A DNA stretch of 63,669 nucleotides, counting the filler, from Saprolegnia diclina VS20 (taxonomy: Eukaryota), in assembly GCF_000281045.1 (NCBI RefSeq). It is 11 parts of 11 records of this genome, joined end to end, with 100 filler letters (N's around TTAATTAATTAA, not from the genome) between each part and the next. Parts side by side here need not be neighbours in the genome. Positions count along the whole stretch, not along the records: positions 22,898 to 31,638 come from NW_008246302.1; positions 31,739 to 37,398 come from NW_008246303.1; 9 more parts are not named here. One strand, written 5' to 3'. Made by a program: the position numbers and the translations under genes. Below are positions 24,011-35,340 of the stretch, piece after piece. Position 1 is the stretch's first letter. Each line of letters starts with the position of its first letter. Below the pieces are notes generated by a model, which saw only the letters and a list, made by a program, of their open reading frames with translations, was not told the origin of the DNA and ran no database searches.

Positions 24011-24436
24011 ATGACCGCAATTCCCTCCTTTGTGATGATCAACGAGCAAACCTTCTCCGTCATCGACGTCCCCGGCGACGGCAACTGCCTCTTCCACAGC
24101 ATCGTGGCATCTCGCAACCTCAACTGTGCCAGTGCCGAGAAGCTCCGTGGCCGTCTCTTCGACTTCGCTTCTGGTGAAAATCGAGGGCTTTGTGCTCGCA
24201 TCCATCATCAACTCGGCGTCCACACCGAGAACTTTGATGTGTTTCTGGCCGGTCTGGCGCAGGACAGGACATGGCGGTCGATGGTGGACGTGTCCATCGT
24301 CACTTTGGCGTTCGGTATCGACGTGGAAACCGTCGCCTTCACGACCCGGGGTCTGTTTGTCTTCTCTGCCAAGAGCTATCCGCACCAACACTGTGGCACT
24401 CAGGAGAAGGAGCCCTCAGAAGACACGATCCGCGTG
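24011..24436 (+). pseudogene. OTU-like cysteine protease domain (N-terminal part)
   Basis: IDVPGDGNCLFHSIV (DxxC), LR helix, and TW...VDVSIVTLAFGIDV. The catalytic His region is lost at the deletion junction. Confidence 0.8.
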
Positions 24437-24870
24437 TCTTCGTGGACCGGTCGACGACTCACTTTGGCGAAGCCGTCGACGTCTTTGTCAAAGCCGAGTG
24501 TGAAGGACGCATCTCCCTCGAGGACATCCGTGAAGGCATGACGAGCATTCACCAAGTCGGCGACATCGCGCTGAGCAAGCCTATCAAGTCTCGACTCCGC
24601 GAGCTTTACTACGGTCACCGCATCGACGCCCTGGGCGATGCGACGCCGGGCGATCTCTTTCGCGTCAGACGCGACCGCGTCTTCGGTTTTGTCGAGAAGG
24701 TCTACGCCGACATCAAGGACAATCGCACTCGTCGATGGATCGCCGACGCCTACGACACGTGCGGAATGAACCCGTGGGCGACCAACCAAGATCGGTTCAA
24801 GGCCCACGTAGACGGCTTGAACATGTCTGCCGCGATGCTCACCAATTTGCAGCCCTTCACCCTCGACTAG
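24436..24870 (+). pseudogene. C-terminal remnant of a pogo-type DDD transposase
   Basis: VFVDRSTTH...IREGMTSIHQVGDIALSKPIKSRLRELY...IADAYDTCGM matches the DDE_1 pattern LD...H...P.G.TS..QP.D...KP.K..LR. The last two Asp are 38 residues apart. Confidence 0.75.
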
Positions 24871-25399
24871 GGCAAGGTCAACACCAGCTTCATAAATGTC
24901 GTGGTGTGTTATTCTGAGATTTCGAGTCAGCGCTTGACACCATACGGTGCATTATGAAAATTTGGATAGTGAGTTATTGTGAGGGCCAAAATTGGGATTA
25001 TTTTGTAGTGAGTTATTTTGAGGAAAATCGAGGTTAGGGGTAAAATCGCGAGGTGAGTTGTTTTGAGGTATACGGTACTTGTGGTGCAGCGCACCTGCAG
25101 CACCATGTGACCCGTTCGTCTCCCTCGCCTCGTCCCCGTTCTGTATCTCTGCTCGCCTCGTCCCCGTTCTGGTCTTCTCCATGCTGGTCCTGCGTGTCTT
25201 TTGTATTACGTGTCTAGGACAATATTGACCAGCTCATCTATAACTACATAATTCACTCTCCAATTTGCATCTCTGTGTTCAAGCCTCCTCTCAGGGCTTG
25301 GGTCTCAACACGGCGGTGAAGCACATACTGCTCTCGCTTCCACTCGTCGCTCTACTTGCCCAACAACTCCTCGAGGGCTCTCGTGCCATTTGCCATTTC

Positions 25400-25545
25400 C
25401 ATCCCAAGTTGTACCCGTTTCGACGTTGGCGTGCAAAGCGAGGCGGACTGCCTGTACAAGCTCCGCACACGCTTCACCAAGCAACATATCGTCGAGCTCG
25501 TGCGCCTGCTCCGCTTGCCTGACGTCATCATCACGGCTGTGGTGA
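25400..25545 (+). pseudogene. N-terminal fragment of a Harbinger transposase
   Basis: RFDVGVQSEADCLYKLRTRFTKQHIVELVRLLRLPDVIIT aligns by eye with RFKLLEMSDADAVLSFRFDVDGIQRLRTQLGIPHVIVT of 30265-31431. Confidence 0.5.
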
Positions 25546-26107
25546 AGCGATCGTTCGACGGAAGAGTGCATGTCGAGCAGAATGTGTGTGTGGTCGGACG
25601 ACGGCGCGTCGATGAGCCGAATGGCCCCGGTGGTACTCGGTGTGGGCGACGACATTACGAACGAACGTTTGCCGCTGCTCCGACGACCGGACGTAGAGAA
25701 GAGGGGCCAACGCCCAAGGACACGCGCGACACGCCCGTGACGGACACGATGCCACAACAGCACCAGCACACGCAGGAAGAGACACCAACTGACCCGGGAG
25801 AAGGGTCGCCCGGCAGGTGTTAGGATAAAATAACTCAGTCGACATTTGGATTCCAACCCCACAAGTACCTCGTTCGGCCACATCACCACACGGCGAACCG
25901 CTACCGAGCCGAGCCAGTGGAGGCTGTCTGCGTCATGCTCAACCGACATCGGCTTGGCTCAATGGTTATTGTCGTTGTCGTTGTCGTTGTCGAGCAAACG
26001 AGACCAACGAGTGCGCATGGCAACAAAATCGGGACGTCCCACTTGCAACAAATTTGCCGGCGCAAAGCGATTTGCGACATTTATAGATGGCCCAATGGGG
26101 CGAGGGG

Positions 26108-26198
26108 GCCCAGTTTCCTGTATGAAGGCTGGATACAGAATTAATACAAGATACGAGGCCATAAGCGCTGTATCCAGCCTTCATACAGGAAACTGGGC
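26108..26198. repeat. Perfect 31-bp inverted repeat with 29-nt spacer (mini fold-back/MITE-like)
   Basis: GCCCAGTTTCCTGTATGAAGGCTGGATACAG at 26108-26138; its reverse complement at 26168-26198. Confidence 0.85.
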
Positions 26199-26919
26199 GC
26201 TACTCACGCTCTACCAAATCCAAGTTTTCTCTCTCAATACATCGATCTGGTAGCTCTATGAAGGCTCCTTTAATAGCCCACGCTATTGTGAAGAAGATGG
26301 CCGCGCGGGATTTTGCGTTTTCTCTCTCTTCGTGCGTAAATATGCCATTTTCAGATTCGTATTCAAAAATCAAGTCATTTTGGGGCTTCAAGCGATGCGC
26401 GATTTCTCGCGCTACACAACGATCTAGCAGCTCCATGAAGGCTCATTCTAAAGCCTGCAACAATTCAAAGAAGATGGCCGTAAGAGATTTTGCGTTATGA
26501 CTTTATTCACGAGTAAAGTTGCCTCGTTTCGTCTTGTATAGGGATTATATCTTGGATTTGCCGTCGGTGCGAGCATTACTCACGCTTTGGGCTTGGCCCG
26601 GGCAGAGTGGGACGAACCTATTTGCTACCTGCTAATGGGGAGGTATTCTACAAGAACGGAGGGTTTCCTTCTCAGACACAGCCCGAGAAACCTGGTCCAT
26701 GTGGTTGAAAGGCTTTCTCAAATCAGACCGGTACAATTGTACTGAATAAAGAAACTTGGACTCCGTGAGGAATCGTTCCCGTGGCGCCGGATAAACCGCC
26801 TTCCTAAAAAGCATGTCGTGCTCCTCTGGCGCCGACCTGAAATCTCCCCACTCCCCAATTTGATTCATGATGCAGTCAAAGTTGCCTTGTCCAGTACTAC
26901 AGGTCTGCATTGAGATTGG

Positions 26920-28095
26920 GTGTCAACCACATGGACGACCGTTTTTATGGCTGTGTCTGAGAAAACCACCGTTCCAATTGAGTATTTCGCGACGACGCAG
27001 TCATCATATTCCGGGCAGCCGGCGATGGCAGGACAGCCAGCGCGTGGTCTGGTGGACACGGTCTCCGATGCCGAGTACACTAGTCTACTCGTTCCTAATT
27101 TGGAGACGCGTGGAAAGAAAGATGCTGGTGCTCTCGACTTGATCGCCCTTGCCGGCCTCGTCTCCAAGCGTTTCGATCTGAACGTGCCGACGTCTCGAAA
27201 TGAAACCGTGCTCTTGGCACTGTTTCATTGGGCCCTCGAACACGACACGGCGTTCCGAGGCCGCATCGGCCATGCCGAGCTCGGGCTCTACAAACACACG
27301 TCGGTCGCCGAAGCGTCGTTTCCGCTCCTTGATGGCTACCTCACGGCCGACGAAGCAAGCGCAAACGTTCTGTGCAAGCAGTACAAGGACTACAAGTCGA
27401 ACAACGAGCTCCGAGAGTTCATCAACCACATCGGAGTACAAGCTAAGGCGACTTCCAACGCTACCCTGCCCATTAGCTCGTTCAAGTCCAAACGCTTTGT
27501 GCACTCCAAAACGTCGCAGAAGTTGACGCTCCAAGAAATCTTGATGACACATCTCGGCATCGTCAAGATCATCCTGGTTTCCAACTCGACGATCTCGGAC
27601 CCAGGCGACCACAGTCGAGTCGTTCTGCTCGACTACCAGCGCGCATGGACGTCCAGTTTCAAGGACATCAAGACTGCCAAGGCGATAGTCGAGTTCATCG
27701 GTCCCTGGATCAAGTCTCGTCTTGGGATGGGGCCTGCCTTGGACACTGAGTGCGACGACAATGACCGCGACTTTGACCCCGGGACACTGGCGCCGGAAAC
27801 CTTGAGTATCGCGCTTGACGTTTCAAGTTCCTCGACTCCATCATTCGGCGCGACAATGACGAAGCGAGCACTAAGTCCGACTTCGCATGATCTCACGACG
27901 CAAGATGTGTCGTACCACAGCAGGCGGGTCAGGGCGATGGCAGAGCAAGAAGAAGAGAAGGCGCAGCAAGAGCGCGAAAAAACCAAGCAAGAGCGCGAAA
28001 AAACCAAGCAAGAGCGCGAAAAAACCAAGCAGGAGGAGGAAAGAACCAAGCAAGAGCGACTTAAAACCATCTTGCTAGAAAAACAATTAACGTAA
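26920..28095 (+). CDS. Hypothetical protein with C-terminal (QEREKTK)n coiled-coil repeat
   Basis: 391-codon open frame with coding-like third positions; 21-bp tandem repeat at ~27965-28060. True start uncertain. Confidence 0.65.
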   Translation: MSTTWTTVFMAVSEKTTVPIEYFATTQSSYSGQPAMAGQPARGLVDTVSDAEYTSLLVPNLETRGKKDAGALDLIALAGLVSKRFDLNVPTSRNETVLLALFHWALEHDTAFRGRIGHAELGLYKHTSVAEASFPLLDGYLTADEASANVLCKQYKDYKSNNELREFINHIGVQAKATSNATLPISSFKSKRFVHSKTSQKLTLQEILMTHLGIVKIILVSNSTISDPGDHSRVVLLDYQRAWTSSFKDIKTAKAIVEFIGPWIKSRLGMGPALDTECDDNDRDFDPGTLAPETLSIALDVSSSSTPSFGATMTKRALSPTSHDLTTQDVSYHSRRVRAMAEQEEEKAQQEREKTKQEREKTKQEREKTKQEEERTKQERLKTILLEKQLT

Positions 28096-29378
28096 AATGC
28101 CAATTAGTGTCCCGAAAACAGGGTCTCACGCGATTGGCCATATCTCGGGACCCAGGATGGCATGGTACTCGTAAAAACCATCATTGGAAAGAGGAAGGCT
28201 TGACCTACACGATAAGCGTGTTAGTTCCAGGCAGATGTCGATGTATCCTATCTATTCCTTCGACAACGGATAATGCATTTGTGGTCGATTGCATCGATTG
28301 GATATTTCGGCTCTATGAGATANNNNNNNNNNNNNNNNNNNNNNNNNNNNNNNNNNNNNNNNNNNNNNNNNNNNNNNNNNNNNNNNNNNNNNNNNNNNNN
28401 NNNNNNNNNNNNNNNNNNNNNNGAAGAAGCGCGTCCTTGAGCGCCTCGTCCGTTAAATAGGTTAGCACTTTGTATCCTTGTACAATTGAATCGAATTTAT
28501 TGATGGAAATCATCTCAGTTTGCATTTTGGCAGGCAGATGTCGATGTATCCTATCTATTCCTTCGACAACGGATAATGCATTTGTGGTCGATTGCATCGA
28601 TTGGATATTTCGGCTCTATGAGATAAACTATACTGTGGCCCAACGCTGCCGGTAATGGGAATATCCAGCCCCATCTGGTATTGAGGTCGCAGAGGAGAAA
28701 TTCCTCGACTGAGTCAGGGAAAGCAATGCAATGACGGAGCCTACCGCAGGAAGGGCGGGCAATTGATTGCCACCAAATTGCGTTTGGGCTGGCGACGGTC
28801 ATGTCGAGCGGCCGTCTTCCGCCTGAGGGGCCGAGCCAAGAGAAAAACAAGCGTTTCAAAGCCGCCCAATACGTCGTGCTTGAGAGATACCTCGCTCAAG
28901 GTGTCACTTCCACAGCGCGCGACGCGGCGCTGCGCCAGTGTATAGCTCAAGAGATTCAAGCCCAGCCCGATCGTGTGCACGTATGTTCCCATGGTTCCGC
29001 ACGCGATGACGATCTCATGTAATGTGTCACTAGAACTGGTTCAAGAACGAGCACCAGAAGAAGAAGAAGCAAGAACGTGCCGCACGGCCAACGACAGTCG
29101 AGAACGCCGCGTCGGCCACCACCAACGACCCTGCTGCCCCAACGTTGGTCGTCAATAGAGAGATTTTGCAAAAGTGCCGTGCCGCTGCCAGAAAAAAAAC
29201 TTCCGAGAAATAATGCGTGTGCGGCACACCTGTGACATTCGATCATGCAAATCCGATGCCGCAGCAATTCTTCGGTCATTGCTGCCGTAGCCAGCAAACA
29301 CTTTCGACGCCTTTTTACGAAGTATTTTTATTCAGTTTTGCGCTTGTTTTATTTAATTGCGCGCGCGGTCATTTCACG

Positions 29379-30215
29379 ATGTCATCTGACGCGGGCACGG
29401 CGGAGACAACAGACGCGGGCACGACGGAGACAAATGACTCGGGCACGACGGAGACAACAAGGCGGCGCAACTGGAACGACGAAGAGGACGTCATGTTACT
29501 GCGACAGATCTCAGCCGACCGCCCGTTCGCCCAACATCACGGCCGGCTTCGTATGGCATGGGCAAAGGTAGCTAATACGCTCATGTCATGCGAGGAGTTT
29601 ACTCGCGAAGTCGATGCCAAGAAGATCCAGAACCGCTTCAGCGCCCTCCTCGAAGCCCACAAAGCATTCAACAAAGGGTCTGCTGCGAAGTCGGGTGTGG
29701 ACGAGGACGAAACGGAGAAGATCATGCTACTTGACGACCTGACCCAGCAATACGCGGAAGCAAAGGCCAAGGCGGCAGAGCTTATCGAAGAAAAGAAGGC
29801 CAAGAACAACGAGTCCGAGACCGTCGGCCAACTCGTTCGCGACCGTGCCATGACGACGTGCACCAAGCGCAAGGCCGAGGATCCTCCCGCACGACGAAAC
29901 GCCGACACGGGTGTGCTCGAGTTCTTGAAGCGTGAGTCCGACAACGCCAAGGAGTTCCAAGCCGAATCGCTCAAGCTCCAGCGCCTCCATTTTGAGGCAG
30001 ACTTAGCCGAGCGCCGACGGGAACGCAACGACCTTCGAGAAGAGCGCCAGCGCCAACGAGAGGACGATGAGCGACGGCGTCGCGAAGAGCGTGAGGAAGC
30101 ACGCGCCGAGCGAAAGGCCGTCGAGCGTCGTGAGGAGCGTCGGTACCAGCTGCACTTAGCAGAATTAGAGACGCGGAAGCTCGAACTGGAGATGATGCTT
30201 AAGCGGCAGGGATAA
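29379..30215 (+). CDS. Harbinger Myb/SANT-like DNA-binding protein with coiled-coil tail
   Basis: RRRNWNDEEDVMLLRQI...AWAKVANTL...IQNRFSALL...SGVDE; E/R-rich C-terminus. Confidence 0.85.
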   Translation: MSSDAGTAETTDAGTTETNDSGTTETTRRRNWNDEEDVMLLRQISADRPFAQHHGRLRMAWAKVANTLMSCEEFTREVDAKKIQNRFSALLEAHKAFNKGSAAKSGVDEDETEKIMLLDDLTQQYAEAKAKAAELIEEKKAKNNESETVGQLVRDRAMTTCTKRKAEDPPARRNADTGVLEFLKRESDNAKEFQAESLKLQRLHFEADLAERRRERNDLREERQRQREDDERRRREEREEARAERKAVERREERRYQLHLAELETRKLELEMMLKRQG

Positions 30216-30264
30216 ACTCGACTGAACACGACGTTTCAAAGCATGAATTTCGTCCATTATATCG

Positions 30265-31431
30265 TTAACGGGACAAGTATTCTTCAAGTGTCGGAGGCAC
30301 CAGACCAAAGTAGTCCGAGGTTTGATTACCGCCGTAATAGCAGCAGTTGAGGTTAGTGAGGAACATCGCGACCTTGACAATCTTGCCGACGGGACTAAGC
30401 ATGATCTTTTGTTGCGGTGTGAACTGGAGGCTTGCCCATAGCGTCTTCATGCGACCGAAGTTCCACTCGACCGACTGGCGCACTTGGCTCATGCTGCGGT
30501 TGAACTCCTTCTTTTGCCAGTTGACGTTGTTGCCCTTGTAGCCGACCATGACCCAGTTGGAGATCCCGTACGCCGGGTCGCCGTAGATCATGAAGTCGTT
30601 TAACGTTTGAGGTCGGCCTTCGACGGTGCGGATTTGACCTCGCTCTTCTTCATCCGCGTCCTCGCCGTCCGCGCCTTCTTCAAACGTCAGAGATTGGCCT
30701 TCAAAGAACTGGAGGAGCTTGCTGAAGCGCATCACCGTCGTGTCATGGCGTCGTCCTTCAACGGGGCCGTACACGTGGATGCAAAGCCCGTCGGGGGCCG
30801 TAAGGCCTTGGTAAACGAGGCAGTGGCGACGCTTGTGGCCGCTGTAGATCAACCGTTGCAGATTCATGTCGGGCTCTGGTGCCGAGGCTGCCGAGATACG
30901 ACACGTCGGGACCTTGGTGCCGTCGACGAACGCAAAGACATTTGTGGTCGGAGCGCCGCGGCGATGAATCGCCTCCGCGTACGCTTGGATACGCTGGCGG
31001 TCGACGACCTTGGCAAAGTAGATGATATCCCACCATGTCCTGTAGATCAGATCCACGACGTAGTAAAAGATCCGACAGAGTTGCGGACGAGAACGACCGA
31101 ACGTACTCATCATGTCGTAGTACGTCGTTGGAAACCTCAACCGATACAGAACGATGCAAAGTGATTCGTCACCTAGCACGCGGTACCGGTCCACCGTTAC
31201 GATGACGTGGGGGATACCAAGTTGCGTTCTCAGGCGTTGAATGCCGTCGACATCGAACCGAAAGGAAAGGACAGCGTCGGCGTCGCTCATCTCTAGGAGT
31301 TTGAAGCGGACGTCGGGAACCAGAGGTCGCTCTACAGAGCGGGACAAAAGCACTGCGAGCGCCATACGAGCATACGGCTTATCGCGGTTCTTCCGATACC
31401 ACCGCAGCAGCAAGAGGTGCATGGGCTTCAT
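30265..31431 (-). CDS. Harbinger DDE transposase (DDE_Tnp_4/HARBI1-like)
   Basis: FVDGTKV, YSGHKRRH, GPVEGRRHD, YGDPAY and RQSVEWNFG give an intact D-D-E triad in an uninterrupted 388-aa ORF. Confidence 0.95.
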   Translation of the reverse strand: MKPMHLLLLRWYRKNRDKPYARMALAVLLSRSVERPLVPDVRFKLLEMSDADAVLSFRFDVDGIQRLRTQLGIPHVIVTVDRYRVLGDESLCIVLYRLRFPTTYYDMMSTFGRSRPQLCRIFYYVVDLIYRTWWDIIYFAKVVDRQRIQAYAEAIHRRGAPTTNVFAFVDGTKVPTCRISAASAPEPDMNLQRLIYSGHKRRHCLVYQGLTAPDGLCIHVYGPVEGRRHDTTVMRFSKLLQFFEGQSLTFEEGADGEDADEEERGQIRTVEGRPQTLNDFMIYGDPAYGISNWVMVGYKGNNVNWQKKEFNRSMSQVRQSVEWNFGRMKTLWASLQFTPQQKIMLSPVGKIVKVAMFLTNLNCCYYGGNQTSDYFGLVPPTLEEYLSR

Positions 31432-33013
31432 CTGCGCGCGAAATCAAACTGATGTCCCCGGATAAGTAATTCATTATCCGGATGATCAGCTGGCAGGGCA
31501 AATGGTTGGTTTGCAAAATCACAATTCTGGTTTGCCAGGCCCTTGGCACTCCTGAAAATTTGCGACAATCGGAGGAATGGCAACGGTACGACACGATTTG
31601 CAAAATCTCTCTAATGCCGCGTCGGCCACCACCAACGANNNNNNNNNNNNNNNNNNNNNNNNNNNNNNNNNNNNNNNNNNNNTTAATTAATTAANNNNNN
31701 NNNNNNNNNNNNNNNNNNNNNNNNNNNNNNNNNNNNNNATGGTAGAGCGTTTGACAATGCTTCAGTTGCACTCATGATGAGACGTGTGCGGGTGACTTTG
31801 ATTCGTTCAAGAGGCTGCGTGGCCTCTGTCGGCATTACACAGTCCGCCGTCGTGTTTGGGTGTCGACACGCGCCGCCATGAGCCTCCTGGGTACAGTACT
31901 AGTACACCCACTCTGTACATATCTCGGTACAGTGTAGTGCCATGGCAGGACCTCCGGTCATCCGGGGGGGTCAAGGCTTACCCTAGGGTAGACCCGCCAT
32001 GATGGCCGCCACCCGCCCCTCATACATCCCTGTTTGTAGATTTTCCCTGGGGTACGAGACCGCAGCCCAGCCCTCAGACCCTAGGACCGGATATGTACCG
32101 GATTATTGCCGGATAAAACAGATAACCTTCACTCATGAGTGATGGTCCTCGGTGTGTCACACCGCTCCAGGAAATGCTCAATTGCGAGGAGAAAGACGTC
32201 TTCTATCGCCACAACGAAGTGGCGTTCGGGTACAATATCCTATGCAAGCATTATACCCAACGTTTTGTCTCCAACACAGCAGCGTACAATGCTCTGGAAG
32301 TGTCCCGGGGGTCATGCGCCAGCCTAGGGTAGGGTCAGGATAGGCCCAGACCCCCACCCTCAGAGCTCTTTGGGACCCTAGGGTAGGCCCTCCGACCCCA
32401 AGGCCCCCCGAGGTTTTGCCCAGGCTTTTGTAACAGATACATGGGTGCCATGGGCAAGGTTGTTTATTTAGCAAATATCTTTTTATTGTAATATGGATAT
32501 GCGTATATATGCGTATATATACTTCGCGTGAAATTACAAATCCAGTATATACTCTGCGTGCTTTGCTGCTTGGCCTTCTACATGGCCATGTAGGCTGAGT
32601 AAAATAGGCTAGGTGCCTCTACATGGTCATGTAGGGTGAGTAAATGCAGTCGGGTACGGTGCGGTGGGTGATTCTATCGCTTTGCGCACCCTTATCCTCC
32701 GCCACCCCCGACAATTAATATTTACTCTCTAAACATTATATTTCTTTGGCAGCTTGCGTGGACAGCCTGCCACGTCATGGTATTATATACCATTTATAAT
32801 TCTTATATAAGTCAAATAAACTATATATGCGTATTTGATACAGAAATCCAGTATTTGCCCAACCTTGCCATGGGGTTGCCATGGCAGCATCCTCGTATTC
32901 GGACAGCTCCTCTCCTCTACCGGTACTAGTTGCGAATCCAGGGAGGCGAGTTAGTGGGTCGTTGCAATAACCTGGCACGCGACAATTGTCGCGCAAATGG
33001 CTCTGGGACGATG

Positions 33014-34035
33014 AACTGCCTCTTCCACAGCATCGTGGCATCTCGCAACCTCAACTGTGCCATTGCCGAGGAGCTCCGTGGCCGTCTCTTCGACTTCGCT
33101 TCTGGTAAAAATCGAGGGCTTTGTGCTCGCATCCATCATCACTCGGTGTCCACACCGAGAACTTCGATGAGTTTCTGGCCGGTCTGGCGCAGAACAGGAC
33201 ATGGCGGTCGACAGTGGACGTGCATCGTCACTTTGGCGTTCGGTATCGACGTGGAAACCGTCGCCTTCACGGCCCGGGGTCTGTTTGTTTTCTCTGCCAA
33301 GAGCTATCTACACCAACACTGTGGCACTCGGGAGAAGGAGCCCTCAGAAGACACGATCCGCGTGTCATCGTGGACCGGTCGACGACTCACTTTGGCGAAG
33401 CCGTCGACGTCTTTGTCAAATACGAGTGTGAAGGAGCGCGATATCTCCCTCGAGTACATCCGTCCTCGAGTACATCCGTGAAGGCATGACGAGCATCCAC
33501 CAAGTCGGCGACATCGCGCTGAACAAGCCTATTAAGTCTAGACTCCGCGAGCTTTACTAAGGTCATCGCATCGACGCCCTGGACAATGCGACGCCGGGCG
33601 ATCTCTTTCGCGTCAGACGCGACCGCGTCTTCGGTTTTGTCGAGAAGGTCTACGCCGACATCATCAAGGACAATCGCACTCGTCGATGGATCGCCGATGC
33701 CTACGACATGTGCGGAATGAACCCGTGGGCGACCAACCAAGATCGGTTCAAAGCCAACCTAGACGGCTTAAACATGACTGGCGCGTACGAGTCGATGCTC
33801 ACCAATTTGCAGCCCCTCACCCTCGACTAGGGCAAGGTTAACACCAGCTTCACAAATGTCGTGGTGTGTTATTCTGAGACTTCGAGTCAGCGCTTGACAC
33901 CATACGGTGCATTATGAAAATTTGGATAGTGAGTTATTGTGAGGGCCAAAATTGGGATTATTTTGTAGTGAGTTATTTTGAGGAAAATCGAGGTTAGGGG
34001 TAAAATCGCGAGGTGAGTTGTTTTGAGGTATACGG
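33014..34035 (+). mobile_element. Second, 5'-truncated and frameshifted copy of the OTU-pogo element
   Basis: High identity to 24083-25075, including the right TIR followed by TA. It has the same OTU/DDE deletion junction. The left TIR is missing. Confidence 0.88.
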
Positions 34036-34799
34036 TAGAAAGGACGTCGTGCTGCAGGCAGAACGCTACGACGCGGTATGCTCCTATATTATGGCACGTT
34101 TGCCTCTATTAATATTTCATATGCCAGTGTCGCAGTCGCCCTTTAGTAGTACCATGACAGATCCTCGTATCAGCACCTTTCCTCCACCGGTACTAGCGAT
34201 TGCAATAACCTGGCACGCGCCAATTGTTGCGCAAATGGCTCTGTGACGATGTAGAAAGGACGGCGTACTCGCACTGCAGAACGCTACGACGCGTTATGCT
34301 CCGATATGTTTGCCTCTATTTCATTCGCCAGTGTCGCAGTCGCCCTTTGGCGCTCGATTATTCCTCCATGTTGGTATCTTGGTCGAGCTGGACTGCACTG
34401 GACTCTCATTCAGGACCGAGTCCTGCGTGAGAGCCACGTTGGGGGGCGTCCTGAGCTCCGGCATCGGGCTCGTCACCGCCGTCGCCTCTTCCACAGCCGA
34501 CTTCATGATCGTCATGTTCCTATACCAAGACCGAGCTTTCTGGGGGCAACAACCGTGTTGGCTTACGCCGTGAGATCAACGCCCAAGCTTTTGCGGGTGT
34601 TCATGGAGGTGTCGTCATCAGCGTTGCATCGTTGTTGCCTTGCTCGCCTGAAAGCCGGGTGTTGTCAGCTTGGTTCACCCTGGCACACAAGACCTCCTCT
34701 TCCACGTCAATCGAATCGAATGAACCGTGCCGATGGTCAATGGTGGCGATGCCGACGAGCTATGCCGAGTTATGCCGACGACGGCGGCGTCCATCTTTA

Positions 34800-35340
34800 G
34801 CGTGTACTAGTAGATGACCGGGAGGAGTTGCCAAAGACGTACGTTGGGACGTGCTCGAAGCGCGCCACCGAAAAGGTCGCGTCCAGTACGTCGAGGTCAG
34901 CTCGGGCCGGGAACTGGAGCTTGCGCGAGCATAAAATAAGCGAGCGCCCAGTAGAAAGCTGTGTTGGTCTTGGTGAGCGGCTGCGCGCGAGAAAAGTTCC
35001 GCGCTCCACAAAACGCGGCGCGGATCGGCTGTGAGCGAGAACATGCATGGACGCGCGCCAATTTTTCGGTGAGCATAGAGACGACACCAAACTCGAGGTT
35101 CTAAACGAGGCCGCTTGCGCCGAAAACTTGACGGATCATGGATGGGTCGCCTTCTCGTTGACGACGTTTTGGTTCCAGTGTTACGAGCATGTCAATGTTT
35201 AACGCGAGCTTGGTGCATCGAGCCGTGACGGGACATCGAGCTCGATGAGGATACATTCGTCGATGCACACTTGGAGTTGAAGCACCCAAAGGGAAGCATG
35301 AGCCGAGTTGTGCTAAAAATGATGCTGCTCGGAGATACGC
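34800..35340 (-). repeat. Diverged interspersed repeat, probably a degraded retroelement fragment
   Basis: The reverse complement aligns by eye with ~60100-60630 (e.g. GCTGACCTCGACGTA.TGGACGCGAC). Both copies have broken frames. Confidence 0.55.

Larger units (their letters stand above)
23571..25075 (+). mobile_element. Internally deleted pogo/Tc1-mariner transposon carrying an OTU-like domain
   Basis: Perfect 24-bp TIR CCGTATACCTCAAAACAACTCACC (23571-23594 and 25052-25075), with TA on both sides. Internal OTU-like and DDE_1-like coding fragments. Confidence 0.9.
29157..31612. mobile_element. Complete PIF/Harbinger DNA transposon
   Basis: TIR AGAGAGATTTTGCAAA (perfect for 16 bp, imperfect to ~35 bp); 3-bp TSD AAT (29154-29156 and 31613-31615); two convergent ORFs. 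Confidence 0.92.

Noticed and set aside
28229..28625. ~95-bp direct repeat on either side of an N gap
   Set aside because: Identical sequence abutting a gap; probably an assembly overlap artefact.
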